Origin: Azolla caroliniana
Lineage: Eukaryota; Plantae; Polypodiophyta
Assembly (NCBI GenBank): GCA_043228905.1
Contig: JBHGNT010000011.1
Span: forward strand, 8,680,001 to 8,744,000
Direction of reading: 5' to 3'
DNA length: 64,000 nucleotides
The notes beneath the pieces were generated by a model that did not search any database, was not told where the DNA came from, and saw nothing but the letters and a program-made list of their open reading frames with translations. Shown one piece after another: positions 1 to 12,962 of the stretch. The translations under genes and the position numbers were made by a program. Positions within the stretch are counted from its first letter, which is position 1. Each line of letters begins with the position of its first letter.

Positions 1-1491
1 ATGAATGTTACAAATGGTCAATTGATTGAATGGATGCTAGTAAGTTGAAGGATAAGTTCATGTATTGGAAATCACAATCTTGGCCATTTTATGTACGTTT
101 GAAGGTTGTACAATGTATTATGGAACCTATGATATTATATTACTTGCCATTGCTGCCATGGACAAAGAAGGCTTTGCATTCTATTTTGCAACCTCTTTGA
201 TATTTGTTGTGGAAGAAGAGGGATAAGATGGGAATCACTTGGGTTGCATGGAATCATCTAGCAACTCCTAAGCGCTTGGGGGGGGCTAGAATATTGAACT
301 TATCTAAGCATATGATGGCTCGTAGATTTTCATTATTACAAGACATTTGTTTAAACTCACAACCATGGATATCTATTGTTCAATATTTCATTGAGAACAA
401 GGGTTTAACACATGGGAGGACAACAATTAAGGCTTCATGGTGGCAATTACTAAATGGATGTATTTCACTTAGGATTCCAAGCTCTACATGTGTTCAACAC
501 TTGGTTACCTCATGGCAAGAAGCACTCTTGTTATGTGTATGGAAACCATCGTCTAGTAGAGAGCATTGTAATTCTTTGCAAAAAAAGTTACTTGTGTCTC
601 CTTGGTTATTATGTTGGCCAAGAAAGGAGAGATTGTGCTCTCAATTTAATCGTTTGTTTTGTTTGGGGGTCAAAGAGGTGGGAGATATAGTTGAGGCTCC
701 ATCTCAAAGATTTTTGGAGTTTGTGGAAACGCAACAATTATTACGAATTCCGCCTAATTATGGGTTTATTTGGCAACAACTACAAAATATCCCATTGTTG
801 CAAGGTCCCTTACCTCTACAAATAGGAGAACAATCGTGGATTTATTGGTGTTTAAAGGGACAAACATCGTTGTTACAAGTGACTACTAATCTTTTGTATC
901 ATTGCTCTGTTGAGTCTCTTGGCTGGTTATCATCTAAGGCTGAAGAAGAATGGAGATTACACAAATCTGATCATGGGTGGTGGCAAATCTTACAACATAG
1001 TTGGCATTCTAAATTGCCACTTGTAGCAAAGGTCTTCATTTGGAGAGTTTTAATTGGAGGATTGCCTTTGGGATTAGCTCTAAAGCGTCGTGGACTAGCA
1101 ACGAGTAATTGCTTTTTTTGCACTATTCAAATGGAAGATAGTACTCATTGATTTATACAATGTCCGATTGCTTCTCAGATTTGGAGTTAAATTTCTCAAA
1201 TTTGGCAAGTTTTATCACGATGTTATTTGACACCTAGACAATGGGTGTTTGCACAATTTACACAGGTGGACCCAAAGTCAAAGATGAAGCTCTTTTTTCT
1301 ATTTCTGAGATATTGGGGATTGTATCATAATTGGAATATGTGCAATGCTTTTGTATTTGATGGTAGACATGGAGTGAAAGCATAACTACGAAAGTTAAAG
1401 GGAGTACTAATGTGGCCATTTTCTTTATTGGAGCAAGTGAAAATCCTTTCCTCAGTGGAGTGTTCATCGTGCCTATTGGCAATTCAACATG

Positions 1492-1494
<3 letters not shown>
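1..1494 (+). mobile_element. L1-clade LINE, degenerate 3' part of ORF2 (post-RT region plus zf-RVT zinc-binding domain)
   Basis: ORF 204-1151: FLW..WVAW..PKRLGG motif and KVFIWRVLIGGLPL...CFFC....EDSTH*FIQC (zf-RVT); internal stops. Confidence 0.8.

Positions 1495-1556
<62 letters not shown>
1495..1556. repeat. (CT)n microsatellite
   Basis: about 31 perfect CT units. Confidence 0.95.
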
Positions 1557-1559
<3 letters not shown>

Positions 1560-4500
1560 GAACTCATGCATAACATGAGTTATGCTATACTTATCTTAGT
1601 CTTAAACTCTAGTTAAAAAGACTTTGATTAATATCTAGATATTGTATTGTGATCGTGATTAATATCTAATCACTCTTTGATCTTGCTTAATCACTCTATT
1701 CTATAACACGTTATCAGCACGATTAGCCTCTACCATAGTAATTAACTATTCTCTTATATAAATCTACCTTATTGTTACCATTAGCATGACTTCTCAAGCT
1801 CTACAAATAGAGAAATGCTTATTCCCGCCACTTGCGTTGGATGGGTCCAATTATATGACTTGGATGGTTCATGTCGAATGCCATCTCACAAAGAAAGATA
1901 TCCTTCATACAATAAGTGATAATTTTAATGATGCGGAGAACTCAAATACTAGGAAGAATGCAGCGGAAGAATTCATCTTCATTCTTCATCACCTTGATCT
2001 AAGCCTTCAAAATCAATACTTCTCCATCAAGAATCCATCAACTCTCTGGAAGCAACTCAAAGCCCGCTTTGATCATCAACGAATTGTTCTTGCCCCCAAC
2101 ACTTTGCATGAATGGAATCAACTTCGTTTTCAAGATTTCAAGACAGTTGTTGAATATAATTCATCACTATTTGTTATCGTTTCTAAACTTAAATTTTGTG
2201 GTCATGATAATCTTGCTCAAGAGGCGAATCTAATCAACAAAACGTTAACTACTTTTCATCCCTCAAATTTTAATCTTTCCAAACAATATCGTAATCGTGA
2301 TTTTAAAACCTATGCTGAACTTTTATCTGCACTTCTTGTCACTAAGCAACACCACCAAGTTCTCCTCAAGAACGACAAACTTCATCCAATAAGTCAACCT
2401 GCGGCTCCTCTACAATTCAAGGATTTGACACATGTCGAGAGTAATTATTCTAGACGACAACATCATCACCAACATCCATATGTACAAAGTCAAGGAAGAG
2501 GAAGAGGAGGAAGAAATCAACAAAGGAAACAATATCCCACAAGTAATCAAGTCAATCCAATGCATCATCAATCAAAGTCAAGTCAAGATAAGCCTTCATC
2601 GAATTCATGTCTTCGATTTGGTTCACGAGGGCATTGGGCAAATACTTGCCGAACTTCTAAGTTTCATGTTGATCTTTACCAGAAGTATGGCAAGCAAGGT
2701 CAAGATATGAAACCAGAGGCTAATATGGTAGTAGAATCATCAACGATCTCACCATCAATTCCAATCTTGGAATATAGTTTTATGGATCATCCCTTGGAAT
2801 TTGACCCCGAAGCCAACATGTTTGAAGCTCATATGATTGATTTGCATACAAGAAGTTTTCTTTGTCTTATTGATTGTGCCTCAACACACACTATTCTATG
2901 TCATAAAGAATTCTTTCATCATATTAAAGATCAAGCCCCTTCGACATCAAGACTATTGTTGGTTCTTGTATTGGACAAGGAAGAGGCCCCGCCAGTATCC
3001 AACTTCCAAGTGGTGTTTGCTTAGAAATACATGATGCTATCTATGCACCTACCTCACTGAGAAATTTTATTGCATTTGCAGATGTGCGACACAATGGATA
3101 CCACCTCATGACATGGGAACAAGATGGGAAAGAGACAATGCGAGTAGTCAAGCACCTGTCAAATACTACCCAAGTTATTGATGAGTTAGAAGTCCTTCAT
3201 TTGCCCACTACTCCAATATTTCTTCAAATGTCAATACCGATATAATGGATCTTTGGCATGATAGACTAGGTCATCTTGGCCATACAATGATTAGGAGAAT
3301 GATCAATAATGTTCAAGATCTACCTTTAAAAGTTGGAATACTTGAATCGAGTTAAAACTCGTTTTTGTGTTCCATGCGCACAAGGAAAGTTGGTGATTCT
3401 TCCTTCCTTGCACAAGGAATCGTATGAGTCACCAAAAATTTTGGAGCATATACATGGTGATATCCATGGACCATTGCACCCTCCTTTTGAACCATTTTAT
3501 TACTTCATGGGAGTTAAAGATGCTTCATCGCGTTTTTCTCACGTCACACTTCTTTCTACTCGCAATATGGCATTGCCTCGACTCCTCATCCTTATCATCA
3601 ATTTGCGCGCTCAATTTCCAGATTTTCCAATTAAGTCGATTCGGATGGACAACGCTGCTGATTTTACATCAACAACCTTTATTTGCTATTGCGAATCTAT
3701 CGGTATTAATTTTGAAGTTTCAACTCATGTTCACACTCAAAATGGTATGGTTGAATCTTTGATTAAACAAATTCAAGTAATTGTGCGGCCAATTCTTCTC
3801 AAATCAAATTTGCCTAGTTCAACATGGGGACATGCAGTACTTCATGCATCGCAACTTCTCCGACTACGGCCATCATCATATCATGTTTACTCTCCCCATC
3901 AACTCATGATAGGTTTTTGACCTTCTGTTTCTCATTTACGACTATTTGGTTGTGCAATTTATGTTCCTATTTCTCCACATTACCGTAGGAAACTTGGTCC
4001 TCAACATCATCTCGGAATTTATGTGGGATTCAACTCTCCTTCAATCATCCGCTATCTCGAACCTACAACTGGCGATTTATTTACAACTCGCTTTGCCGAT
4101 TGCCAATTTGATGAATCAACTTTCGCGATTTTAGGGGAAGATAACTGGAAAAGAGAAACATCGGGAAAGATTGATCAAAGTCTAATGTTTAATTGGCCCA
4201 AGGATAAACCAGTGCCACTAGATCCTTATACTGGAGAGGGGGAGAAAGAGTTCAACGAATATTACATCTACAAAGTATTGCCAACAATGCACCAGATGCT
4301 TTTGTTGACACTTTCAATATGAAGGTCTCCAACATTAATCCTGCTATGAATGTGTCTGCTTGAATTTTGATTGGCGAATCACCGGCACATGTTGTAGAAT
4401 CTCAAAGGAAGCGTGGGCGACCTATTGGAGCAAAGGATAAACAATTAAGAAAGTGAAAACCAACAACTGAGACTGAGATTGAAGTTCCTATAGTATCAAA

Positions 4501-6500
4501 TAGGATAATTAGTGAAGAGTCTCCAATTGCTAATTATACTAATTCTAAGTTAATAACACGACAAGAGGTTAATGATATCTTCATTTTCTATGTTGCAATA
4601 ACTTTTGTGAATGAATGTGATCCTCAAACTATTCAAGAAGCAAAAGCATCCCCTTTTTGGGATAAGTGGAAAGAAGTTATTTAAGTTGAGCTAAATAGTC
4701 TTCTCAAACGAGGAGTTTTTGGTAAAATTCAAGAGACGCCTATTGGTCATACACCTGTTGGCTATCATTGGGTTTTTGTGCGGAAGCATAATGATAAAGG
4801 AGAAGTTATCCATTATAAGGCAAGGTTTGTTGCTCAAGGTTTCACACAATGATTTGGTATTGATTATACCGATACATATTCTCCGGTTATGGATGCAACG
4901 AATTTTCGTTGGTTGATTCATTTCACTATTCAACGAAGTCTTCATATGCGTCTCATGGATGTGGTTATAGCCTATCTTTATGGTGATTTGGATAAAGATA
5001 TATACATGAAGATACCTGAAGAACTTTGCAAATCTATGCAACTTGGAAAATTTCTCAATCCATCGATCAAGTTATGTAAGTCACTTTATGGACTTAAACA
5101 AGCCGGTGGTATGTGGTATCAACATCTTTCTCAATATCTTCTTTCTCATGGATTTAAGAATGATGATATTTGTCCTTGTATATTTATCAAGCATTATCTC
5201 AAAGAATTTGTCATCATCGCTATTTATGTTGATGATCTCAATATTATTGGAACATCCAATGTTATTGAAGATGTTGTTGCTATGCTTAGATGCCAATTTG
5301 AAATGAAAGACCTCGGTTTAACTACATTCTGCTTGGGTCTTCAGATCGAGCACCTATCTAATGGAATTCTTCTTCATCAAAGCTCTTATATCCATAAAAT
5401 ATTAAAACGGTTTTCTATGGATCAAGCTCATTCTATTAGAACTCCTATGGTTGTGTGCTCTCTAGATCCTTCTCGTGACCCATTTCGGCCAAGATCTTCT
5501 AACGAGTCAGCATTGGGACCACAATATCCTTACATGGTTGTTGTTGGTGCTCTTATGTACTTGGCCAATTGTACATGTCTGAACATTTCGTTCACTGTCA
5601 ATTTGTTGGCTCGATATAGTCACAATCCTACCAGAAGATACTAGATTGGAATTAAGCAGATTTTTTTATATTTACGAGGCACTCAAGATATGGGTCTTTT
5701 CTTTACCAACGATTCTATGCACGGTCAATTGACTGGTTATTCTGACGTTGGGTTTTTATCTGACCCTCACGTTGGCAAATCACAAATAGGATATGTTTTC
5801 CTTGTTGGTGGCACAACGATCTCTTGGCGATCAACAAAGTAAACATTGGCTGCAACATCTTCAAATCATGCTGAGATATTGGCATTACATGAAGCAAGCC
5901 GAGAATGCCTATGGTTACAACGCTTAATTGGGCATATTGAAAGTTCTTGTGGTTTTATCGGCCCATCATTACCAACAGTTATCTATGAAGATAATTATGC
6001 TTGTATTAATCAATTCAAGAAAGGCTTTATTAAAGGTGATCGAATCAAACATATTTCTCCCAAGTTTTTCTTTACTCATGAGCTTAATGATAATTATATC
6101 AACATACAACCTATTCACTCAAGCAAGAACTTGGCGGATATTTTTACCAAAAGTTTACCTCCATCAAAACATTGGGTAAACATTCCTTCTCTTGGACTCA
6201 GACAATTATCATATGTGATGAGCTAAACCAATGATGATGAGATAAGGGGGAGTGTTATGAACTCATGCATAACATGATTTATGCTATATTTATCTTAGTC
6301 TTAAACTCTAGTTAACAAGACTTCATGATGTAAATAGTATGCATGCATCTCATCTTGTGAGTCATAAAACTTATGTATCTCAATCATTTTAAAGATATAG
6401 AGAAGAGCATAGCCTATTAGCTCTATCTAGATATTGTATTGTGATCTTGATTAATATCTAATCACTCTTTGATCTTACTTAATCACTCTATTCTATAACA
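1554..6500 (+). mobile_element. Ty1/copia LTR retrotransposon, Bianca-like, full-length but degenerate
   Basis: 5' LTR ~1554-1708 (internally deleted), 3' LTR 6253-6500 (TG..CA), PBS 1709-1722, PPT GATAAGGGGGAG 6241-6252. Gag 1786+, protease CLIDCASTHTIL, integrase 3333-3920, RT YVDD 4889-5644, RNase H ATSSNHAEILALHEASRE / IKGDRIKHISPKFF (Bianca signature). Several frameshifts and stops. Confidence 0.9.
1709..1722 (+). promoter_or_regulatory. Primer-binding site complementary to half-tRNA-Ile
   Basis: CGTTATCAGCACGA directly after the LTR CA; complementary to the anticodon-arm region of plant tRNA-Ile(AAU/IAU) as I recall it. Confidence 0.75.
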
Positions 6501-6711
6501 CTGTCCCTTTTTTTTCTTTTTCAAAACATTTCATTTACTTTACTTTTTCTTTTTCCCTTTTGTTTTAGATGACCAATATTAGACGGCTCTGATTGTCTCG
6601 GATTTCCGAGATGAGTTCAGGTCTGTCCAAGCCCTAGATTCAGGGACTCTCACTATTTAATGTTTCTGTATCGAATAGTGACAACTCCGCTCAAGAGTGG
6701 TTGGCTGGCTA

Positions 6712-7675
6712 GAGATAGATAGATAGATAGATATATAGATAGATTATATTATCGTCTTCGGAGGTCAAATATGACCTATGAGACCAAAAATATTACATTT
6801 CACGTGATACATGTGAAAGTGAGTAGTCACTCTCGATGTTGAAGAACTTTACCAATGAATGTTGCAATCGAGAGTGCACATTGTGGTTGTGAGAGGAATT
6901 CATGCAAAGATTAGGCTCGATCGAAGAGATGTGGAAAACATGGTCGAATATGATCAAAGGCAGAGCATTGTATCAAAGTGTGATACTCTGACTCGCGAAC
7001 TTGTTTAGGGCAAAGTGTGTATAGCCGACCACTCTCATCACTTGTGCCCCAACGCCTTGTTTCACATCGCAATGCATGTGAGCTAAGTCGCATGGAAGCA
7101 ATGGTTCGAATGGCAGATAACGGTATGGGCTCTAACATGTATCGATGTGTACGATTTCCCCGTTCCGCAAAGAATATGGTTTTGTAGTTAGGTGCAACAT
7201 GTGTAGTATATGTGTGAAGCGCGAGCCTCCACATTTGTCCCATGTCATGATACATTGGCGTTGCAAAAAGGCCTCATTTACAGAGGAATCTAATGATGCA
7301 TCATGAAGCAAGTGTCTCGCATCCCATCTACCAAACCATTTTTCTATATCTTGCATCCAACCGGAACACAAAATTTTGCTTTTATGCATCTTTTGGATCT
7401 TTTTGCTTGCTTCCCACGCAATTCTAGGAAGTCGATGTGAGGGACTTTTTTGAACCTTAAGCATGTATTCAACAACCCTTTCCATGGCCATGATCTCAAT
7501 GGGAAGCGATCTCGTCTCAAGGAGGACGAGGGTGTAGGGCGTTTGTTTCTTAACTTGTAGAAACTTGGTAAGAAAATGCTTTTGGACATTTTCAAACTCT
7601 TTCCACATAGATTTAGGGATGCTACGGCCCCATACTTCCACCCCATAGAGAAGAACTGGTGTCACCAAAGATATT
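6712..7675 (-). mobile_element. RTE-X-like LINE, 5'-truncated (subfamily with (TATC)n tail)
   Basis: ORFs 7132-7713 and 6911-7255: PVLLYGVEVWG, RLSSHALRCETRRW...LC..VRESEYHTLIQC (RTE-X-type C-terminal CCHC); 3' hairpin 6754-6784; (GATA)n on the + strand 6712-6743. Confidence 0.78.
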
Positions 7676-8394
7676 TCTTGAGAGAGAGAGAGAGAGGACA
7701 CTTTCTTGGTCAAACAACAACGTGGTTTTTGTTATGTTATGTTATGTACCCTTCCAAAGTAATCATCTTGTTGAGGGAGGAATCAACAGCTTCTTCTTGC
7801 TCAATCCAGTGTGAGCCTTACTACTTATACAGATCTACATATTTTGCAGATACTGTTGATTTCCCCTCACCAACCACAACACAAGGTCCTCATCCCTGCT
7901 CCTGCTCCTGCTCTTCTAATGTGTATGTGTGCGTGTGTGTGTACACATACATACATGACTCTATCCAGAATAGTGTCTCCCTTTCTTTCTTTCTTTATAC
8001 ATATGTATGTACTCCCTACCTACCTAGCTCTGCCCATCCTTCCTATCCATCATCCCATGACGATGAAAACAACATCTAAGAGGTTGTCGTTTATATGTAT
8101 TCATGCAGCGTTGCAAAGCGGCCTTGATATGTTGTTGATTGTGTTTACTGATGCCACATTATTCAGCCTGTTGGATGTCGGTCGGCACATGGCTCACTAC
8201 AGCTGCTATTTGTATGGAAACTATCAAAACAGAAGAACCTCCTCCTAATGATGTGTATGAAGATGAAGATGAAGATGTTGTTGTTGGAGTCTCTAATTCA
8301 TTGACAAGAAGTAATGATGATGTGGTGGTGGTGATGGAAGATGATGTGTGGGGTCCGGTCCAACGGGAAGTATTATTCATGGAAGATGATGTGT

Positions 8395-8425
<31 letters not shown>

Positions 8426-8463
8426 TATTGAGGGAGGGAGAGAGGGGGGGGGGAAGTTTTTTC

Positions 8464-8650
8464 TATAAGGTTGTCCCTCCTTATGGGGGAGGCGGTTGGA
8501 AAGCCGAAATCCCGAACTCGGCTGAGAGGCCGAAATGAGTCGGCTAGTCGAAATCGGCCGAAAAGCTAAAATGAGTCGACTGGCCGAAATCGGCCAAGAA
8601 GCTGAAACGAGACTCAACCGAATCGAATGGAAGTTCAGATGATTTGAAGA

Positions 8651-8690
<40 letters not shown>

Positions 8691-11600
8691 GGTTATATAG
8701 AGGGTGAATGATCAGCGTGACAAAGTGAACTAAGAAGCGCGAGAGCTGTGAGTAGCGAAGTGAGAGAGAGTGAGTGTGAAGCTAAGAACAGAATCAGGTT
8801 GTGCAACAGAGAAAAACACTAAGTGTTGTGGTTGCGTGCAAGAGGAAGAAGAGAAAGAGAGAAGAACCAAAAGAAAAGGAATCAGTCTCAAACCCTAGAA
8901 ATGGTTTCAGGCAACGACCTGTGGTGCCTGTGCTTCCAAACTTGGTATTGTCATTCTAATAAATACTCTCTTGCTCTATTGTGAGTCGTGATTCCTCTCA
9001 GTTTTGACATTACTCTGTTTCTTGAGACTCTCCCTCGACAAGCCAGGGAGCTTTGTAATCTAGTGGCTGTATACGCGCACCTTATAGTGGAAATTTTGTT
9101 GACATTGAGCCTTGTGGTTTTTTCCCAACAGTCGGTTTCCACGTAAATCATGTGTATCTGTCTTTAGTGTTTGTGGTTTTAGATCTAAAGTTACTGTGTT
9201 ATCTCTTGTCATATCCATTTCAATCTGGTGTCAAAGCGAGGTTCTAGATGGAAGGAAGTATGACTGAATTTCCAGGGATGATAATTATGAACTCCCATAA
9301 CTATGCCATGCTGACTAGAAGATCAAGATGGAGGATCTTCTAATAGTGAAAGGGATTTCCAAAGATGATAGTTCTAAACTCCCATAACTATGTTGACTGG
9401 AAGATCAAGATGGAGGATCTTCTAATAGTTAAAGACTTGTATGAGCCGATAGATAGGAAGGATATACCAATTGGGGTACAATAGACATTTGGTTAAGTGT
9501 GTGCCCACATAAGTGCACCATTCTATTAAGTGCGTTTTTTTTTATAGAGGTCAGATAAAAAAAAATTACATTGTTTCATGACGAAATTAAATTAAACCAA
9601 ATTGAAACTATGTTCCAAACATTCAGAAACAACAAAAGGAGTTTTTGTGTCTATGTCTATGTGCATGTCTATGTGTGTGTGTGTGTGTGTGTGTGTCATA
9701 TATTCTACGTGTGCGTGTGTGTGTGTGTTTAAGATTACAAGTCTGTGCTTTTGATTCTTGATTAAAGAACGTAATCAAAGAAGGGCAAACAGTTCTTGAT
9801 GATTGTGAATAGTCAAGTTTTTGCAGCGATTGGTCGTGAACGCGAGCTCTCCTTCTCCATGTGCAACAAAACTTCCATCTATTGTCCTTCTCTTTTCTTG
9901 TGCCTGTGCCACGTGTGTGCGTGCTCTTTTCTTGCATGAAAAAAGCCTCTTTCCCTCCCTCTCTCTCTGTGCATCTTGTTTTCTTTCAAAGATGACAGAA
10001 GTTGCAGCCTGTGACTTCTCCATTGCTCCCTCACTCTCTTTTCTTATCTCCTCCATTTGCACTTCGATTCCTCAAACATATCACCACTAGGAAGAAAACG
10101 CAAGAAAAAACTCATTGCATCCAAGGAAGTTCATTAGTTTTGTTGCATAATGGATGTATTCCTAAGACGTAGCAAAACGGCGAAAACTAAAGGCAATCTA
10201 GAATCGAGAAAGAAACTGAAGAGTATGTATGTTGAAACCAGAAACATTTCAGGTCAATTATATCACATAAATTGATCACTTTTCTTATCAAGAATTGTAC
10301 AATTAGAGCACAGAAGGAAAATATTTCAGAAAACCCTAAAAATTTCCAAATTTCGCTAAAATGTTTTAGAAAACCCCTAAGTGTGCAGCTCGATTAAGTG
10401 CGCATTTCTTCCTTGCATTCAATGTGCGCTCTTAACCGAATGTCTATTGTTACTAATAGAATCTAAGTGGAAAACTCTAAATAGAAAGGCAGTGGCAACC
10501 AAAAGACAGTGTGTAGACATTCGCATCCTACAACATGTAGCAAGTGACATGAATGCCTACGAGTTGTGGCATAAATTTTCTGCCTTTTATGAAAGGAAAA
10601 TGCCCTAAATAAAACTTCCCTACTAAGAAAAATAATGAGGCTAAAGTACGTAGCTAGCAAGAGCATTGTAGTGCACATCAGTACTTTCATGGGTCTAGTA
10701 AACCATTTAGCATCAGTGAAGTTCCCATTAGATGATGTTATGCAAACCATACTCCTACTATGTACTCTACCGGACAGTTGGGATTATCTAATAGTGTCAC
10801 TTAGTACCTCATGTAAAGAAGACAACCTATCTTTACAAGTAGTAAAGACAAGCATTCTAAAAGAAGAGACAAGAAGAAAGGATAAAAGTGTCTTGTCTCA
10901 ATCGGAAGCTAATGTGACACAAGAACTTAGTAGAAGAAGAAGCAAACATAGAAGTCCTAAAAATAGAGATAAGTCTTATGCTTGGTCGAAATCTAGAGGA
11001 AGACCTACATGCTTCTATTATGGGAAGCCTGGTCATTTCCCAAAAGAATTGTCGACACCTTAGGAAGGATAAAGGCATGGTTGATGAGGTCGAACCCAAG
11101 AAAATTTCTGATGACAAAAACACCTCAGCCATTGCAACCAATGAAGAAGAGATGTTATTTATTTGTGAACAAGCTAAGCTAGTGTGAACCTTGCAAACGT
11201 TGAGTGCTCTTGGGTAGTTGATTCCAATGCATCATTCCACCTAACTCCCAAAAGAGATGTTTCTCATCTTACATAGCCAATGAATATGGCTACGTAAAGA
11301 TGGGAAATGACGGTGAATGCAAGATTGTGGGCATAGGAAATGTGTGGTTGTTAACATCTACTAGCTGCAAGTTAATGTTGAAGGATGTACACCATGTTCC
11401 GGATGTCAGATTGAATCTGATATCGGTGGGACGATTAGACGATGAAGGCTACAACGATGGTTTTCATAATGGTGCATGGAAGTTTTGTAGAGGGAGCCTA
11501 ATTGTGGCTCGAGCTCAAAAGTAGAACACATTGTATGTAATGCATGCCCCATCACACCCGTGGTGGACAGTACCTTGTTACATTTATTGATGACTTCAGT

Positions 11601-12095
11601 AGAAAGTTGCGGGCTTTCATGTTGGTGTCTAAAGACCAAGTGTTGTCGGTCTTTAAAGAGTTTCATGCAAGGGCAAAAAGGGAATCTGGACAGAAGTTGA
11701 GTTGTCCAAACAAATAATGGTGGTGAGTATAGAGGCCAATTCGAGATGTATTGCAAGACTGAAGGCATCAAACTTGAGTATACAATGCCGAAGTAACCTG
11801 AGTTGAATGGTCTAACAGAGAGAATGAATCATACCATAATGGAAAGGGTAAGAAGCATGTTGTCCCATGCAAAATTGCCGAAGTCGTATTGGGCTGAGGC
11901 AATCTTGATAGTTGTCTACCTTATAAACAAGTCTCCCTCAGTGCCTCTGAAGGGGGATGTCCCACAAAGGGTTTGGACAGGAAGTCTGAGTGTGTCTTAC
12001 CAGCATTTTAGGGTGTTTGGAGGCTTAGCTTACATGCATGTTGCTAAAGATCAGAGGTCAAAGCTGGACAACAAGTTCATGCCTTGCATATTCTT
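8464..12095 (+). mobile_element. Degenerate Ty1/copia (Tork-like, family C), truncated after integrase
   Basis: LTR-like ~8464-9222, mutated iMet PBS TGGTGTCAAAGCGA 9226-9239, gag from 9248 with a tandem duplication of its start, gag 10635-11063, protease WVVDSNAS, integrase 11803+; homologous to 53053-55585. Confidence 0.82.
9479..10449. mobile_element. Non-autonomous Tc1/mariner-like DNA transposon (MITE) inserted in copia gag
   Basis: Terminal inverted repeats CAATAGACATT(T/C)GGTTAAG at both ends, TA flanks; the gag frame (PIGV|LIESKWK) resumes either side. Confidence 0.75.
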
Positions 12096-12097
12096 GA

Positions 12098-12962
12098 GAG
12101 AACGTCCCTTGTCATTCCATCCCTATTGTCGGCACCACCGCCTCCCTCCACCGAAACAGGCTCTTCACACTATATGTAACATGACTAGAAGCTCGTCCAA
12201 GGCGGAGACTACAAGCTCCACTACTATTTATTGGCTTCTCCGCATCTATCCAACTTCGGAACCATCGGACCAGGAACAACATGATGATCCATATCCACAA
12301 CAGGATTCAGAAAACCTCCCAGACTCGAGAAGGTGCTTGCAGATCCTGAAATGCAACCCCTCCCGTCCCCCTACTGGTGAGCACCTAAGCTTTGATTGAT
12401 TAGACATGCCCAACTCGAATTTGGTGGCCAAGCCTCCACTACTAGATTTTGGTGGTTGTGCAATTGGGGGATCGTCACCTACCATTGCTGCCGTGACTGC
12501 TCTCTACCCAAGAACACCACTCGGCATTTTCTTTGATGAAGCAGAAAACCAAAGAAAAACCAAACGCTCTCGGATGTCAGGTTTCAAAGCAACTTAACGT
12601 GGCGTAGAAGCAATAAAGAAAATAAGGGAACGTGAGGTACATCGCCTACAAGCCATGGCTAGGGCACTCTATACACTGAAACCATGGGTCACACCTACAC
12701 CAAACCCCTTTGACCTCCCATTTCTTTTCGCGAGGCTTGGGTGGAAATGAAATTAGGCTTAGTGCAAAGTCACTTCCTTTTATCGAGTATACCACGTTTT
12801 GTACACCACTAGAACTCTTTTAGTTTAAGTTCTATTTTTACTTTATTTTATTTTAGTTTTGATGATTGGATAAATACCAATTTTGTTGTAAACCAACTGT
12901 CTCATGGGCCAATTTTGGCCTTAAGAAGACGTTAATATATCTTTCTTTCTCTCTCTCTCTCT
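12098..12962 (+). mobile_element. Retroposed element ending in the RTE-X-like 3' hairpin and (TTTC)/(TC)n tail
   Basis: 12899-12941 GTCTCATGGGCCAATTTTGGCCTTAAGAAGACGTTAATATATC then TTTCTTTC(TC)n, the same terminus as the other LINE copies; the upstream body has no recognisable RT motif. Confidence 0.55.

Noticed and set aside
7576-8617. Overlapping ORFs of 100-170 aa on both strands
   Set aside because: They run through (GA)n, (GT)n, poly-G and GAT repeats, with no recognisable domain or convincing splice structure.
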